Assembly (NCBI GenBank): GCA_964187785.1
Contig: OZ076409.1
Location: 34,040,001 to 34,104,000 of the forward strand
Direction: 5' to 3'
Source of the DNA: Amphiscolops sp. MND2022
Taxonomy: Eukaryota
DNA length: 64,000 nucleotides
A model generated the notes under the pieces. It made no database searches. It had not been told where the DNA came from and saw nothing but the letters and a program-made list of their open reading frames with translations. Below are positions 9,801 through 18,690 of the stretch, one piece after another (within the stretch, counting starts at the first letter, position 1; each line of letters opens with the position of its first letter). Both the position numbers and the translations under genes were made by a program.

Positions 9801-12800
9801 TCTCCTGGCTTTGGGCATGATCCAACCTTCGCTATCACCTTGGGCGAGTGGGATTGTGATGGTAAAAAAGAAAAATGGGGAGTTGCGATTCTGCTGCGAC
9901 TTTCGCCCCCTCAACGCTGTCACAATAAAGGATGCGTATCCCCTCCCACGCATCGATGAAAGCCTTTCACGCTTGGGTAAGGCCAAGATTTACACCAGTA
10001 TTGATTTGGCCTGGGCTTTCTGGCAGATACCAGTGCGCAAAGCAGATAGGCAGAAAACGGCCTTTGCCTGCGAGCTGGGTTTGTTTGAGTGGAGACGTAT
10101 GCCCTTTGGGATGTGTAACGCTTCAGCTACTTTCCAGCGAGCCATAGCGCGAGCGCTACGGAAAATTGTGAACCGTGAAGGAAGCATGGTGATGGCGTAC
10201 ATTGACGACATCGTCATTGCTACCGAGACAGTCGAGGACCACATGGTACGCTTACGCGAGGTTTTTGAATGTCTGCGCGAAGCTGGCTTCAAAATGAGAG
10301 TCGCTAAGTGCGACTTTATGAAGTCGGAAATCAAGTACCTGGGACGTGTGGTCTCTGCCGAAGGTATCAAACCTGATCCTAAAGCAGTGGCAAAACTACG
10401 CGATTGGGAAGTCCCGAGGAACAAAACGGAGATGCAAAGCTTTTTGGGCTTCGCCAACTATTATCGAGAGTTTATTCCTTGGCACGCCAAGCTTGTGGCC
10501 CCCTTGCATGCTATTACCGGCCTGGGCGCAACTTTCGCCTGGGGGGATGAGCAGCAACAGGCTTTCAACGCCGTCAAATTGGCTTTGATCGAGGCAACTG
10601 CCTTGGCGCAACCGGACTCGGAGGGCGAATTTGTGCTGGACACTGATGCCAGCGCTGTTGCAATTTCCGGCATTTTGCATCAATGGCAGGGTCCTCCGGG
10701 CGAAAGGCGCCTGAGACCAATTGTGTATGGTAGCAAGAAGTTGAATGCCACTCAAGCGAAGTATGGCGCTCCCAAGCTTGAAATGTACGCAGCTTATTAT
10801 TTCATCTTGAAGAATCACAGTTATCTATGCTCCAGAAAGTTCATCCTTCGGGTTGACAATCAAGCTCTCTCTTGGCTCAAAACGTATTCCACTGATCAGG
10901 CCTTGATTGGACGATGGATTATGGCACTCGAGAAGTACCATTTCAAAGTGGAGCATCGTCCCAGGACACAGCATAGGAATGCCGATGGCCTCAGTAAACG
11001 AACCAATGATTATCGGTGGCGAGAGAAGCAGCTCGAGAAGCTGCCAGCTGTGACAGACAAATGGAATTTCCTCTCACAGGAGGAGTTTGACCAGCTGCCC
11101 GTTGCACCTTGGTTCGATTTGCATGGTCGGGTGATACCCAATCACCCCCAATTGCCCGCTCACTTGCGGAACACTAAACCAGACCCCACAAATGCAGTTT
11201 GTCGAGTTGCACGACGGCGTAAGCGCCGTCAGGCCGCTGAGAAAAGGGAGAGGGCGCTACGCGCTCCTCTACCTGAGGCACCAGTGCCTACATTGCAAGC
11301 TCACGAAGACTTCTATCCAGATTATCCTGAGGACTGGATTGACGTCACTGAAGAGGCTAGGCAAGATTACTTGCTGCCTACACATGTGGCAAATATCCCC
11401 TCACGCATGACATATGCCCTTGACGAAACAGTGGAGCAAGCCATGGCTTCCGCTCCAACGGTGGTTAGGCAAGCTGCCCTAGCCATCAAAGACTTAGACA
11501 CGGAACTTCATGAACATGCCAACACGGTGCATGGCATTAAGGATCTGCTTTTGGCGCAGAATCGTGATGTGCATGTTCTAGCCATAAAGAAGTTGGTAGC
11601 ACAAGAGTCTATTGATCATGACATTTTTCCTGACGACGTGCGTGCTTTCGCACGTAACTATTACAAGCAGAAAAAAGATCTTCTGTTTGTAAACAAAAAT
11701 GGAATTCTTTGTGTTAAGTATCCACCTCAGCAACGTCCATTGCACGAACGTCCGTGCATGATTGTAATGCCACAATTGTACCAGCATGAAATTTTGTTTC
11801 GTGCTCATGATGCCATGGGCCACCAAGGCATTGCAAAGGTGGTGTCGCGAATCCAAGAACGCCATACCTGGCCAGGTATTCGCCGCAGCGTTGGTCAGTA
11901 CGTGAGTCAGTGCCTCACGTGCCAGCAAGTACGTGACAGGCCGAGTGACGTTCGGTTTCACTTGAAAAATATCCAAAGTGGGTATTTCAATGAGCTGGTC
12001 CAGTATGACCATCTGAAAATATGCCCCTCCGATAACAATAACACCGGCATATTGGTAATAATTGACCATTTCTCCAAGTTTGCGGAGGCTGTACCCTGCA
12101 GCCATGAGGATTACGATGCAGTGACCACGTCTAGGTTGCTTTTGCAGAAATGGTTTGCCAGACACGGCACGCCTACGCGGATGCAGTCAGACAATGCCCC
12201 CAACTTGACCGCAGAGGTATCCAATGAGTTCATGAGGGCATCTCAGGTCACAAAAGTTACCTCTACGGCGGGTCATCCGCGCACCCAAGGCCTGGTTGAA
12301 CGACAAAATCGGACTTTGCTGACTTTGTTGCGGGTATTCTGCTCGCGTCGCATGAGAGATTGGGACCAGCATTTGGATGAAGTCATGGGAGCGTATAACT
12401 CAACGCGCCATGCCACGACTGGGTTTTCACCATACATGCTGACCCGAGGGACCGAAAAGGCTATTCCTCTCACCTATCTGTATCCGGAGTTCGCAGCCAG
12501 ATCATTTGAATCGCACGGAGCTTATGTGGAGCATATTCTTGCCCGCCAGCAAGAGATTCATGACTTGGTGCGTAGAAACACGCATCAGGCGCAACAACGT
12601 CAAAAGATAAAGTACGATCGAGCTATTCGTGCAAACGCATACAATGTGGGAGACCCCGTTTGGGTATTCTGCCGCTATGTACCTCAAAAAGGATCACCGA
12701 AGTTGATGAGAGCTTGGCGTGGTCCGCACAAGGTTGTCCATAAACTACAAGATGGTCGCGTGTATATCCTGGACTCAGGACAAAAAGTGCACTTTGAGCG

Positions 12801-15156
12801 TCTGAAACCTCATCATGGTGGCCCTACGGAGTTTGCTGCGCTTCCCTCGGGGAGTGGCGAAGTGGTCGTTGTCATGGATCCTGAGCCGGAGCACTCTGCT
12901 GAGGAGATCCGAGATGACTGCTCACAACCCTCATATCGCGAGGAAGAACCGCTCTCTGAAGCATCAGATGTATCGCTACCATCAAGGAGACGCCACTGGA
13001 TGGACACCAGGTTGCGTACTAGAATGCGAGCTGGAGGCAGTCGTCTCCACTATCAGCAATTTGATTATTCCAGTTCCGACCCAGAGCGTTCGCGCTCTGA
13101 CGACTTGCTGTCAGATGCCCGAGATCATTCCCAGGCAGAACCTTCGGCGCTATTCGAAGCCTCAATGCCTCCCGATGAACAACCTCGGTCATTTGAACCT
13201 GCCAATGACTACGAGTTTCCAGTTTTATCCGAATCTGAAGCTATTCCGGAAGTACCGCAATCGCAAGATATTCCCGTTGCAACTGGAGAAGCCGAATTAT
13301 CACTAGCGGGTACATCTGCTCCTCTGTTGACAAATCCTACATTGACGGATGTGCCTATTAGTATTCCCCAATTGCCGAATGGTACCTCCAACCTCCAAAA
13401 CACTGAAACCCGTGACACCGAGTTATCCAACACCAACGAGCCAACTGCTCGGAACAATGTCCCTAGCACGCGCGGCAGGGGCAGATCGCGAGCTGCTCTA
13501 TCTCGTTGTTCGACACGAGCAACAAATTCCCGGTCGCAGAACGTGAGCGTGCGCGCTCAAAGGACTCCCAGTCGCAGAGGACGTCCTCGAGGACGACCTC
13601 CTCGGAGGCCACGAGGACACACTATTTCTTCACGGCAAACAGCTCGTGAAAATGACACACAGCCATCAATTACATCCGATTCTGACTCTGATGCGCCCAC
13701 CGCGCAGCTTACATCCGATGTTGACCAAGGCGCAACGCAGGTTAACCCACACTATGGCTTACGCCGGAATCGAGTACCTCGATATCGATGTGGAACCTGT
13801 GGGCTTCGCGATTGCACTTGTGTCATGGCTCTGAACAGATCGCCCACTATCCCACTTGGACCTGTGAAAGCTCCGGTGGATCCGAAGCCTCAACCTCTTA
13901 TCCACAATGGTAAACTTCTTGTCAGTCGCGTTGTCATCCGCGCAGAGAAGACATACACCGGACTAGAAAGAGAACGTATCTTCCCTGTAGACGTCGTGCT
14001 GGAAGAATTATCTAAATCCAAGATTGCTGAGGAACCTTGTCCTCGCTTCAAAGAGTGGACAAGCGATCTCCGCGGATTGGAATTCACGCTTCCCGTCACA
14101 GTGCCTCCTGTCACTCCTAACATTGTATTTGGACCTTTCAATTATGAGAGGGAACCCATCCAAATGGTCCGCTGTATCACCGCTGACCTCCTATCTGACA
14201 AATACGGCATCACCTGTCAGCCTGGTGAAGTGTATCGCCCAGCCCAATTTTGGTGGTTGCTTGTAACTGCCCCACATGCTCACTCTTTGGTACAGCCTGA
14301 CAGCTTGCGGAGCTGTCTAGAAAGTTTGCGGACTGTTGTCACAGAGGAACTCATTTTGTGCTTCCACATCGTTGATCTTTATCGTGGAAAACTACGGTTC
14401 CGATGGTGGCTAGAGCTGATTATCACTTTGTTCGCTAGCTTCCCTCGTATCCGCCTTTTGGATGATTGGACCCATTCCTTCACCGAGCCTGTAACGATCC
14501 ACACTGCACTTGGTACCCTGGATTCATGGTCAACAGCAAATGTGGATAATCAGTCTCTGTCGAGGTCCGTATGGCAGGATCTATCTGCTATTCGTGGACA
14601 GAACCATATAGACCCAGCTGATGAAAAAGGTCCCGGACGTCAGATTGTTTTTCCTGGTGCCCTACGACCAAATTTGGTCGACTACATTATTTACGACCAA
14701 ACTGATTTCTTGCAGGTGCAGGGCCACGTGGCAATTTGCTGCCCTGCAGACCTTAATACCAATTCTGCTGCCTTGCGCTACGTTCTTCGCGAGTGTGGCA
14801 GCGACAAAATAGTCCAACTTCGCCCAACAGTTGGTGAAGTCCTCACTATCCCATCCTCATTATCTTTTATGAATAATCAAGTTATTCACCTAATGATAAC
14901 ACGCCCCTCCCAGCGTTCACCACAAATCACCGATGACTTTGTCTTATGCTTGGAGCACTTGAAAGCTTCATTATTGTCCAACGAAACCCCTGATATTCAT
15001 TTCCCCATAGTTGACCCTGAACGCCCACTTCGCAGTTTGGACAACTTTTATCATAGTGTCATGGACGTTTTTGCTGGAACTGATATCACTGTATTTCTGC
15101 ATGATCGCGTCTATGTCTCCATTGCCAGTATTGAACAATTTCCTGGCATCACTTAG
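6844..15156 (+). CDS. gag-pol: Gag-Pol polyprotein, 2770 aa (capsid-like Gag, aspartic protease, dUTPase-like module, RT, RNase H, integrase, C-terminal extension with tandem macro-like domains); first ATG at 6904
   Basis: Gag LYRGSKDGTVEEWL...HLGDEARSF; protease VDTGS (8692); RT SPWASG, RFCCDFRPLN, MPFG and YIDD (10198); RNase H DTDAS...LEMYA...VDNQAL...ADGLS; integrase HDAMGH...CLTC, YD/SDN/GLVER; GPY/F-like WRGPHKV. Confidence 0.97.
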   Translation: MLPSLLKDSFDPHPATSNAGMKPSEQFQRLCFFLKGGEGTSAVQPIDEPASISLNNATMGMAHTSPRDRGGLLESNHGTDDPKDELISPEHLKFTEAISKTITKALAPLIANRDQTAVRPTLYRGSKDGTVEEWLLVMKRYLERVYSNASPVDKAWAIIDHLGDEARSFIINKPESERDSHEKVTTLLSSRFGTGKSRWPVRQAFRLRNQLEKEGLMQYLDALEGLRSQGFPDEPITTRRYEILHRFMDGVSDPVLQRELTVVFATEAYLVDPPTVESLRFTVQELQRSRHQQQPRDPGCTETVPYQYLQSDEVPGSPVAPQHELLPPLALRSARLPMPAASVHTTPEYRQTATLEQSARCLQSACARRKLVVHRPEHILDPHSEPQQGAAAAVPAPAVPVKSCTTEVSAGCPTVSIQSETSSPRAEEKKKTDATQTLSTASGRVLMLRPADQATVNAPLTVTCGTKQVQTGLESTTFDPSGRTLLSVHLVLASEQQIRPDLTLEKLKLELASNSAVKKISLPLPEEWYTEGEASTCTAYTPVPVHANIDGVDMKFDASVVVDVFPQGVCLGPHELRCYSISKQEPKGEARIDEHASLVVSFAVPDASPIPLRGMVDTGSGVSIMSFSAFNRVALRTGVALQPYRIDLYAANGKTMKTFGIAESVRFQLGGYELETNFVVVDDAHGLEDFLLGRNFLRTNNVLVDLTSMKIVVRAPAKPVWHHAHAQTSDEALSSTVVLDQDVVLQPFERAVLRAKLVTSNLEAFAFSNVVINFATPNRLLKNTIFVEDTIATVGEAGSFYVSVGNLTSNAQKVKCGTMLGTAAPVRLVYHAVPQCVLAHKGESDEKSDSPNEFVNRVYSEMDLNSHSRCSSSSEFEFLSSTDPSEEGLSEREIRKRTDPDLLAPIPGPESQLEEVQKLWGQTARDSLNNILTEFDDLFMKHKADIGRCTIAKHPVELEPGAVPHREGARRMSPDKAERANQEVRNLLALGMIQPSLSPWASGIVMVKKKNGELRFCCDFRPLNAVTIKDAYPLPRIDESLSRLGKAKIYTSIDLAWAFWQIPVRKADRQKTAFACELGLFEWRRMPFGMCNASATFQRAIARALRKIVNREGSMVMAYIDDIVIATETVEDHMVRLREVFECLREAGFKMRVAKCDFMKSEIKYLGRVVSAEGIKPDPKAVAKLRDWEVPRNKTEMQSFLGFANYYREFIPWHAKLVAPLHAITGLGATFAWGDEQQQAFNAVKLALIEATALAQPDSEGEFVLDTDASAVAISGILHQWQGPPGERRLRPIVYGSKKLNATQAKYGAPKLEMYAAYYFILKNHSYLCSRKFILRVDNQALSWLKTYSTDQALIGRWIMALEKYHFKVEHRPRTQHRNADGLSKRTNDYRWREKQLEKLPAVTDKWNFLSQEEFDQLPVAPWFDLHGRVIPNHPQLPAHLRNTKPDPTNAVCRVARRRKRRQAAEKRERALRAPLPEAPVPTLQAHEDFYPDYPEDWIDVTEEARQDYLLPTHVANIPSRMTYALDETVEQAMASAPTVVRQAALAIKDLDTELHEHANTVHGIKDLLLAQNRDVHVLAIKKLVAQESIDHDIFPDDVRAFARNYYKQKKDLLFVNKNGILCVKYPPQQRPLHERPCMIVMPQLYQHEILFRAHDAMGHQGIAKVVSRIQERHTWPGIRRSVGQYVSQCLTCQQVRDRPSDVRFHLKNIQSGYFNELVQYDHLKICPSDNNNTGILVIIDHFSKFAEAVPCSHEDYDAVTTSRLLLQKWFARHGTPTRMQSDNAPNLTAEVSNEFMRASQVTKVTSTAGHPRTQGLVERQNRTLLTLLRVFCSRRMRDWDQHLDEVMGAYNSTRHATTGFSPYMLTRGTEKAIPLTYLYPEFAARSFESHGAYVEHILARQQEIHDLVRRNTHQAQQRQKIKYDRAIRANAYNVGDPVWVFCRYVPQKGSPKLMRAWRGPHKVVHKLQDGRVYILDSGQKVHFERLKPHHGGPTEFAALPSGSGEVVVVMDPEPEHSAEEIRDDCSQPSYREEEPLSEASDVSLPSRRRHWMDTRLRTRMRAGGSRLHYQQFDYSSSDPERSRSDDLLSDARDHSQAEPSALFEASMPPDEQPRSFEPANDYEFPVLSESEAIPEVPQSQDIPVATGEAELSLAGTSAPLLTNPTLTDVPISIPQLPNGTSNLQNTETRDTELSNTNEPTARNNVPSTRGRGRSRAALSRCSTRATNSRSQNVSVRAQRTPSRRGRPRGRPPRRPRGHTISSRQTARENDTQPSITSDSDSDAPTAQLTSDVDQGATQVNPHYGLRRNRVPRYRCGTCGLRDCTCVMALNRSPTIPLGPVKAPVDPKPQPLIHNGKLLVSRVVIRAEKTYTGLERERIFPVDVVLEELSKSKIAEEPCPRFKEWTSDLRGLEFTLPVTVPPVTPNIVFGPFNYEREPIQMVRCITADLLSDKYGITCQPGEVYRPAQFWWLLVTAPHAHSLVQPDSLRSCLESLRTVVTEELILCFHIVDLYRGKLRFRWWLELIITLFASFPRIRLLDDWTHSFTEPVTIHTALGTLDSWSTANVDNQSLSRSVWQDLSAIRGQNHIDPADEKGPGRQIVFPGALRPNLVDYIIYDQTDFLQVQGHVAICCPADLNTNSAALRYVLRECGSDKIVQLRPTVGEVLTIPSSLSFMNNQVIHLMITRPSQRSPQITDDFVLCLEHLKASLLSNETPDIHFPIVDPERPLRSLDNFYHSVMDVFAGTDITVFLHDRVYVSIASIEQFPGIT

Positions 15157-16272
15157 CTTCAACGTAAACTTTTGTTTGGTTAATTTTCTATTTGCTATCC
15201 TGATATCTCATGCTTGATATGCGTTGCTTGTTACCTTGTGGTAGCGTGCGTTGAAATCCATTGCCAGAACCACACTCCACTTCTTTTCAAGGGGGGAAGG
15301 GGTGTCTTCAACGCCCAATCCATCCTCTCGCATTTTCTTCGCATTCTTTGTTAGTCATTGCTATCTTAATATTAATGAAGGTGCTCAACGATTAAAGCCC
15401 GGGGAGCCCCAGTGCAATAAATAACCCAAAAACTCTACATGTATTGCTACGCCCAAAAGGTGCTATTTTTGTTTCTTTTCCAAGATTTCCAGAAGTTTCC
15501 TCCAGATTCCAACATGATATCCGGAAAAATAAGGAGCGCGCGCGTTCCTGATCTGCAAATGGCAAGATTTGATCTACCTTTGTCTGCTTTACTCCAGTGC
15601 TTACTCTTACGAGCAGTTCGTAGTTTGCTTCTGATGCGCTCCTTGACAAATGCTATTGAACTCTATACAGGTATGGAGCTGCATATCAGTGCGTGTTGCC
15701 CAAACCAAGCCGAACTTTAAAAAAAATATATTAAAGAAACAGCTTGTCTTCCTTTTAAACAGTGGTTTTTCTGCTGAAAAGAAGTTTTAGCGAAAAGAAC
15801 TTTTAACTGTGCTGCAAACTGAAATTTTATTGCCGTGGAAAAGATGTTTTGCTGAGAACCACGTGCGCTTTGGAGCGTGAGCGCTCCGTAAAAGAAATTT
15901 TAGACGTCCAAAAACCAAAGTGCTAGCAGGATCCTAATCAGACTTTTGCAGAAAACTCGTGCTAAAAAAGTGGTGCTTTTTTGATTGATGTATGGAATCT
16001 TGGATTTGATCAATTTCAAGGTGCATTTTTGAGTACTGGTTTTCTAGCTCTCGAGCTAGCTCTGTTTCAACAGTTTCTGGACGATGCAGGTTCTCTGGAT
16101 GGCAAGAAGCAAGACCTCATGGTTGCCCAATCAGCAAAAGATGACAGTGCCACTGGACCCTTGCAACATCACCAGTTTGAAACCCCCGTGGATTGCACTC
16201 ATGATGTGGCGATGTATTCAATGCCAGCCTCTCCGCATGACAGGGACGTCATGCATAAAGCCCGGGGAGTGA

Positions 16273-17045
16273 TGTAACGGCAAGCTCTGGTACAGCGATA
16301 TCAACCGATTTTGCAACTTTGACATGTTCAGAAAATTTGTCAAAAATTCTAATCCGATGTGTGACGTGGCACTGAGCATGTGATTGCTCTTTTCGCTGTT
16401 TCCACGAAATTGGCAGGTACTTCGACAACAAAGAGCAAGAACGAGCAAAAATACGGGCGCGCCGCCATGACAGAAGCCAGAGACGGCAAGAACATCCGAA
16501 AATAGACTCTTTTTGAGGTGCTAACACCGGTTTTATCGATTTTCAGCATTATGCTACCCTATGTAGCGGAAACCGTAAAAATGAGTCTTTTCGCCTAAAG
16601 ATCCTTGTTTGGTGCTTGGAGCCCCTGCGCCGCAGCTTTTTAGCTGTGTGGTTTGCCATATTCGTGCCTGTTTTCATGTATTTTCAGTGATTTTGGCTGT
16701 ATTCAGTAGCGCTAGCGCTAGTTTAGATCTTATTCCCCAATTTTAGATCTTATTCACATGTCACCCTGGAACTGGAAATTTACCTTATTCTTGGCATTGT
16801 TTTTATATGCTAGTTAAGCGGTGGTCTTTAGAGAGTCAGAAAGATGCCCGTTACTATTAGCAATCAAAGACTAGGACCGGTTGGACAGTATTCGTCGAAG
16901 CACCCGCGGCCCCGGGACGTATTTCACCCCTGGAGGCAAAATGGATCTGTGGCGATGGGCGCCTGTCCCGAGCGAATCACCCATTCCCGCAGGTTTCTCC
17001 ACCTCTGTTAACGTGTTAAGCGACCGATAACTGCTTGCCGTTACA
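16273..17045 (+). repeat. LTR2 (773 bp), shared by units 1 and 2
   Basis: Same 13-bp inverted termini; PPT before, PBS after. Confidence 0.9.
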
Positions 17046-18147
17046 TGAGACCTCATTTTTTGGCGACCACAGAGGGATCGCTTCCGAGTACTGCCCTATT
17101 ATATGGTTTTGAAATTTCCGACCCCCTGGTATTGGACGCCAAGAACGATTGGACTCTGGAAGGAGACGTTTACCCAGAGTTTTTCCAAATTTTTTAGATG
17201 ATATGACATTATATTTTGGTATTTTTCCAGTCTTTAGGGGGATTTTTCCGAATACCTATGGAACGTTTTGATAACAGGTATTTGTTGACAGATATCGTCT
17301 AAAATTGCAAGGTTCCCATCAGCGGGTATCTTTTTTGCAGGTGTAGAGGACCGTAGCACGTGGCTACGGGTGTTTAACAGGTTTTTTGAGCTATTTTCAG
17401 CCATTTTATGCCATGCAAGAAGGTGACTGGTGGCTGGTTAGCCACGAGCCAGCGAGGCGACAGAGGGGTCAAATCGTGTGTTGCCTACTTCCTACTCCCA
17501 TTTCTCGTGGAGACGTCCTAGAGGCATGGTTTTTGGTGGACAGCAAGTGCAATAGCAGACGATGCTAATGGTCCAAACCGCGTGTCTCTATCTGGTCTGG
17601 ATGTGGAGAAAAAACGTGGTGAAGATGTACCCCCTGTGACCAGAAGTGTCGCTCAAATGGCTCATGGTGGGCGAAAATTTTGAAAATGAACCTTTTTCGA
17701 TAGGGAATTGTTTGGTAAGCCTAGTTTCCTCTTGTTGCAACTTAGTGTGTGCTTTTGCACCTGTTTTCAGTGAAAAAAGTACGATTTTTAGTGCAAAAGT
17801 CGCAAAAACGTGATTTTTGGCATTTTTGAGTACTTTTCTTGGTACGAGCGCGAGCGCTCGAAGTATTAGCCACAGCAGTTGCAAAAATGAATAGAAAGCA
17901 GCCCAAAACCTCGAGGGTTATGCTACATAATGTAACGACAACCAGAAAGGCCGTTGGAGTCCTTTTTGAGACACATTTGGCATGAAAAAACCCGGTTTTT
18001 GGCGAAATTGGCAAAAAACCACTACGAAATGCCACTGGGAGAGTGCTGGATTGTGATGTAATTGCCTCTTCCGTGCTGCTATTAGTTTGGGGCACACTCC
18101 ACAGTACCGAAAATAGGATTTAAGAGAGTTTGTAACGTTTTCTTGGT

Positions 18148-18690
18148 GAGAACAAGTTGAAAAACCTTGAATTTTGGCCAGTTTCAGGAGTGCCAGAGTG
18201 CATCATTAAAACCTCTGGGGCACTCAGTGTTTTCGAGACCTGGGAGCCCGCGCGCTCTCATTTTCTGTTTTTGTAGTAAAAAAAACGCATTGTGGTGAAA
18301 ACCGCGTGCAAAAATTCCTTTTCAGTGCTGAGAAAAGTTGAAAAACCTTGATATTTAGTCAGTTTCAGGAGTGTCTGAGTACACAATTAAAACCACATGG
18401 GCACTCTGTCTTTTTGTTAGCTAGGAGCTTCCGCGCTCTAATTTTCTGTTTTTATCACAAAAATAACGCGTGGTGGTGAAAACCGCGTGCAAAATTCCTT
18501 TTCAGTGCTGAGAAAAGTTGAAAAACCTTGATATTTAGTCAGTTTCAGGAGTGTCTGAGTACACAATTAAAACCACATGGGCACTCTGTCTTTTTGTTAG
18601 CTAGGAGCTTCCGCGCTCTAATTTTCTGTTTTTATCACAAAAATAACGCGTGGTGGTGAAAACCTCGTGTAAAAACTCCCATTCAGTGCT
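18148..18690 (+). repeat. ~180-bp leader repeat, 3 copies in unit 2
   Basis: Copy starts at 18148, 18330 and 18510; copies 2 and 3 are nearly identical. Confidence 0.9.

Larger units (their letters stand above)
2222..17045 (+). mobile_element. Ty3/Gypsy LTR retrotransposon, unit 1 (intact ORF)
   Basis: LTR-PBS-leader-gag/pol-3'UTR-PPT-LTR; domain order PR-RT-RH-IN is the Ty3/Gypsy order. Confidence 0.95.

Noticed and set aside
12700..15156. Chromodomain or envelope gene after integrase
   Set aside because: No chromodomain pattern (Y.VKW.G) and no transmembrane or fusion features; a macrodomain pattern fits better.
15439..16277. Short 3' UTR ORFs (93 and 98 aa) as env or accessory genes
   Set aside because: Too short, with no signal peptide, furin or transmembrane pattern. 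The second has an in-frame TAG in later units and the first changes frame at its start in unit 2.
15303..17045. LTR starting at TGTCTTCAAC right after the strong purine tract (~1.74 kb LTR)
   Set aside because: No matching inverted end near the PBS, whereas 16273-17045 has a perfect 13-bp inverted repeat. The corresponding unit-0 region is also much more diverged. Kept only as a fossil end.
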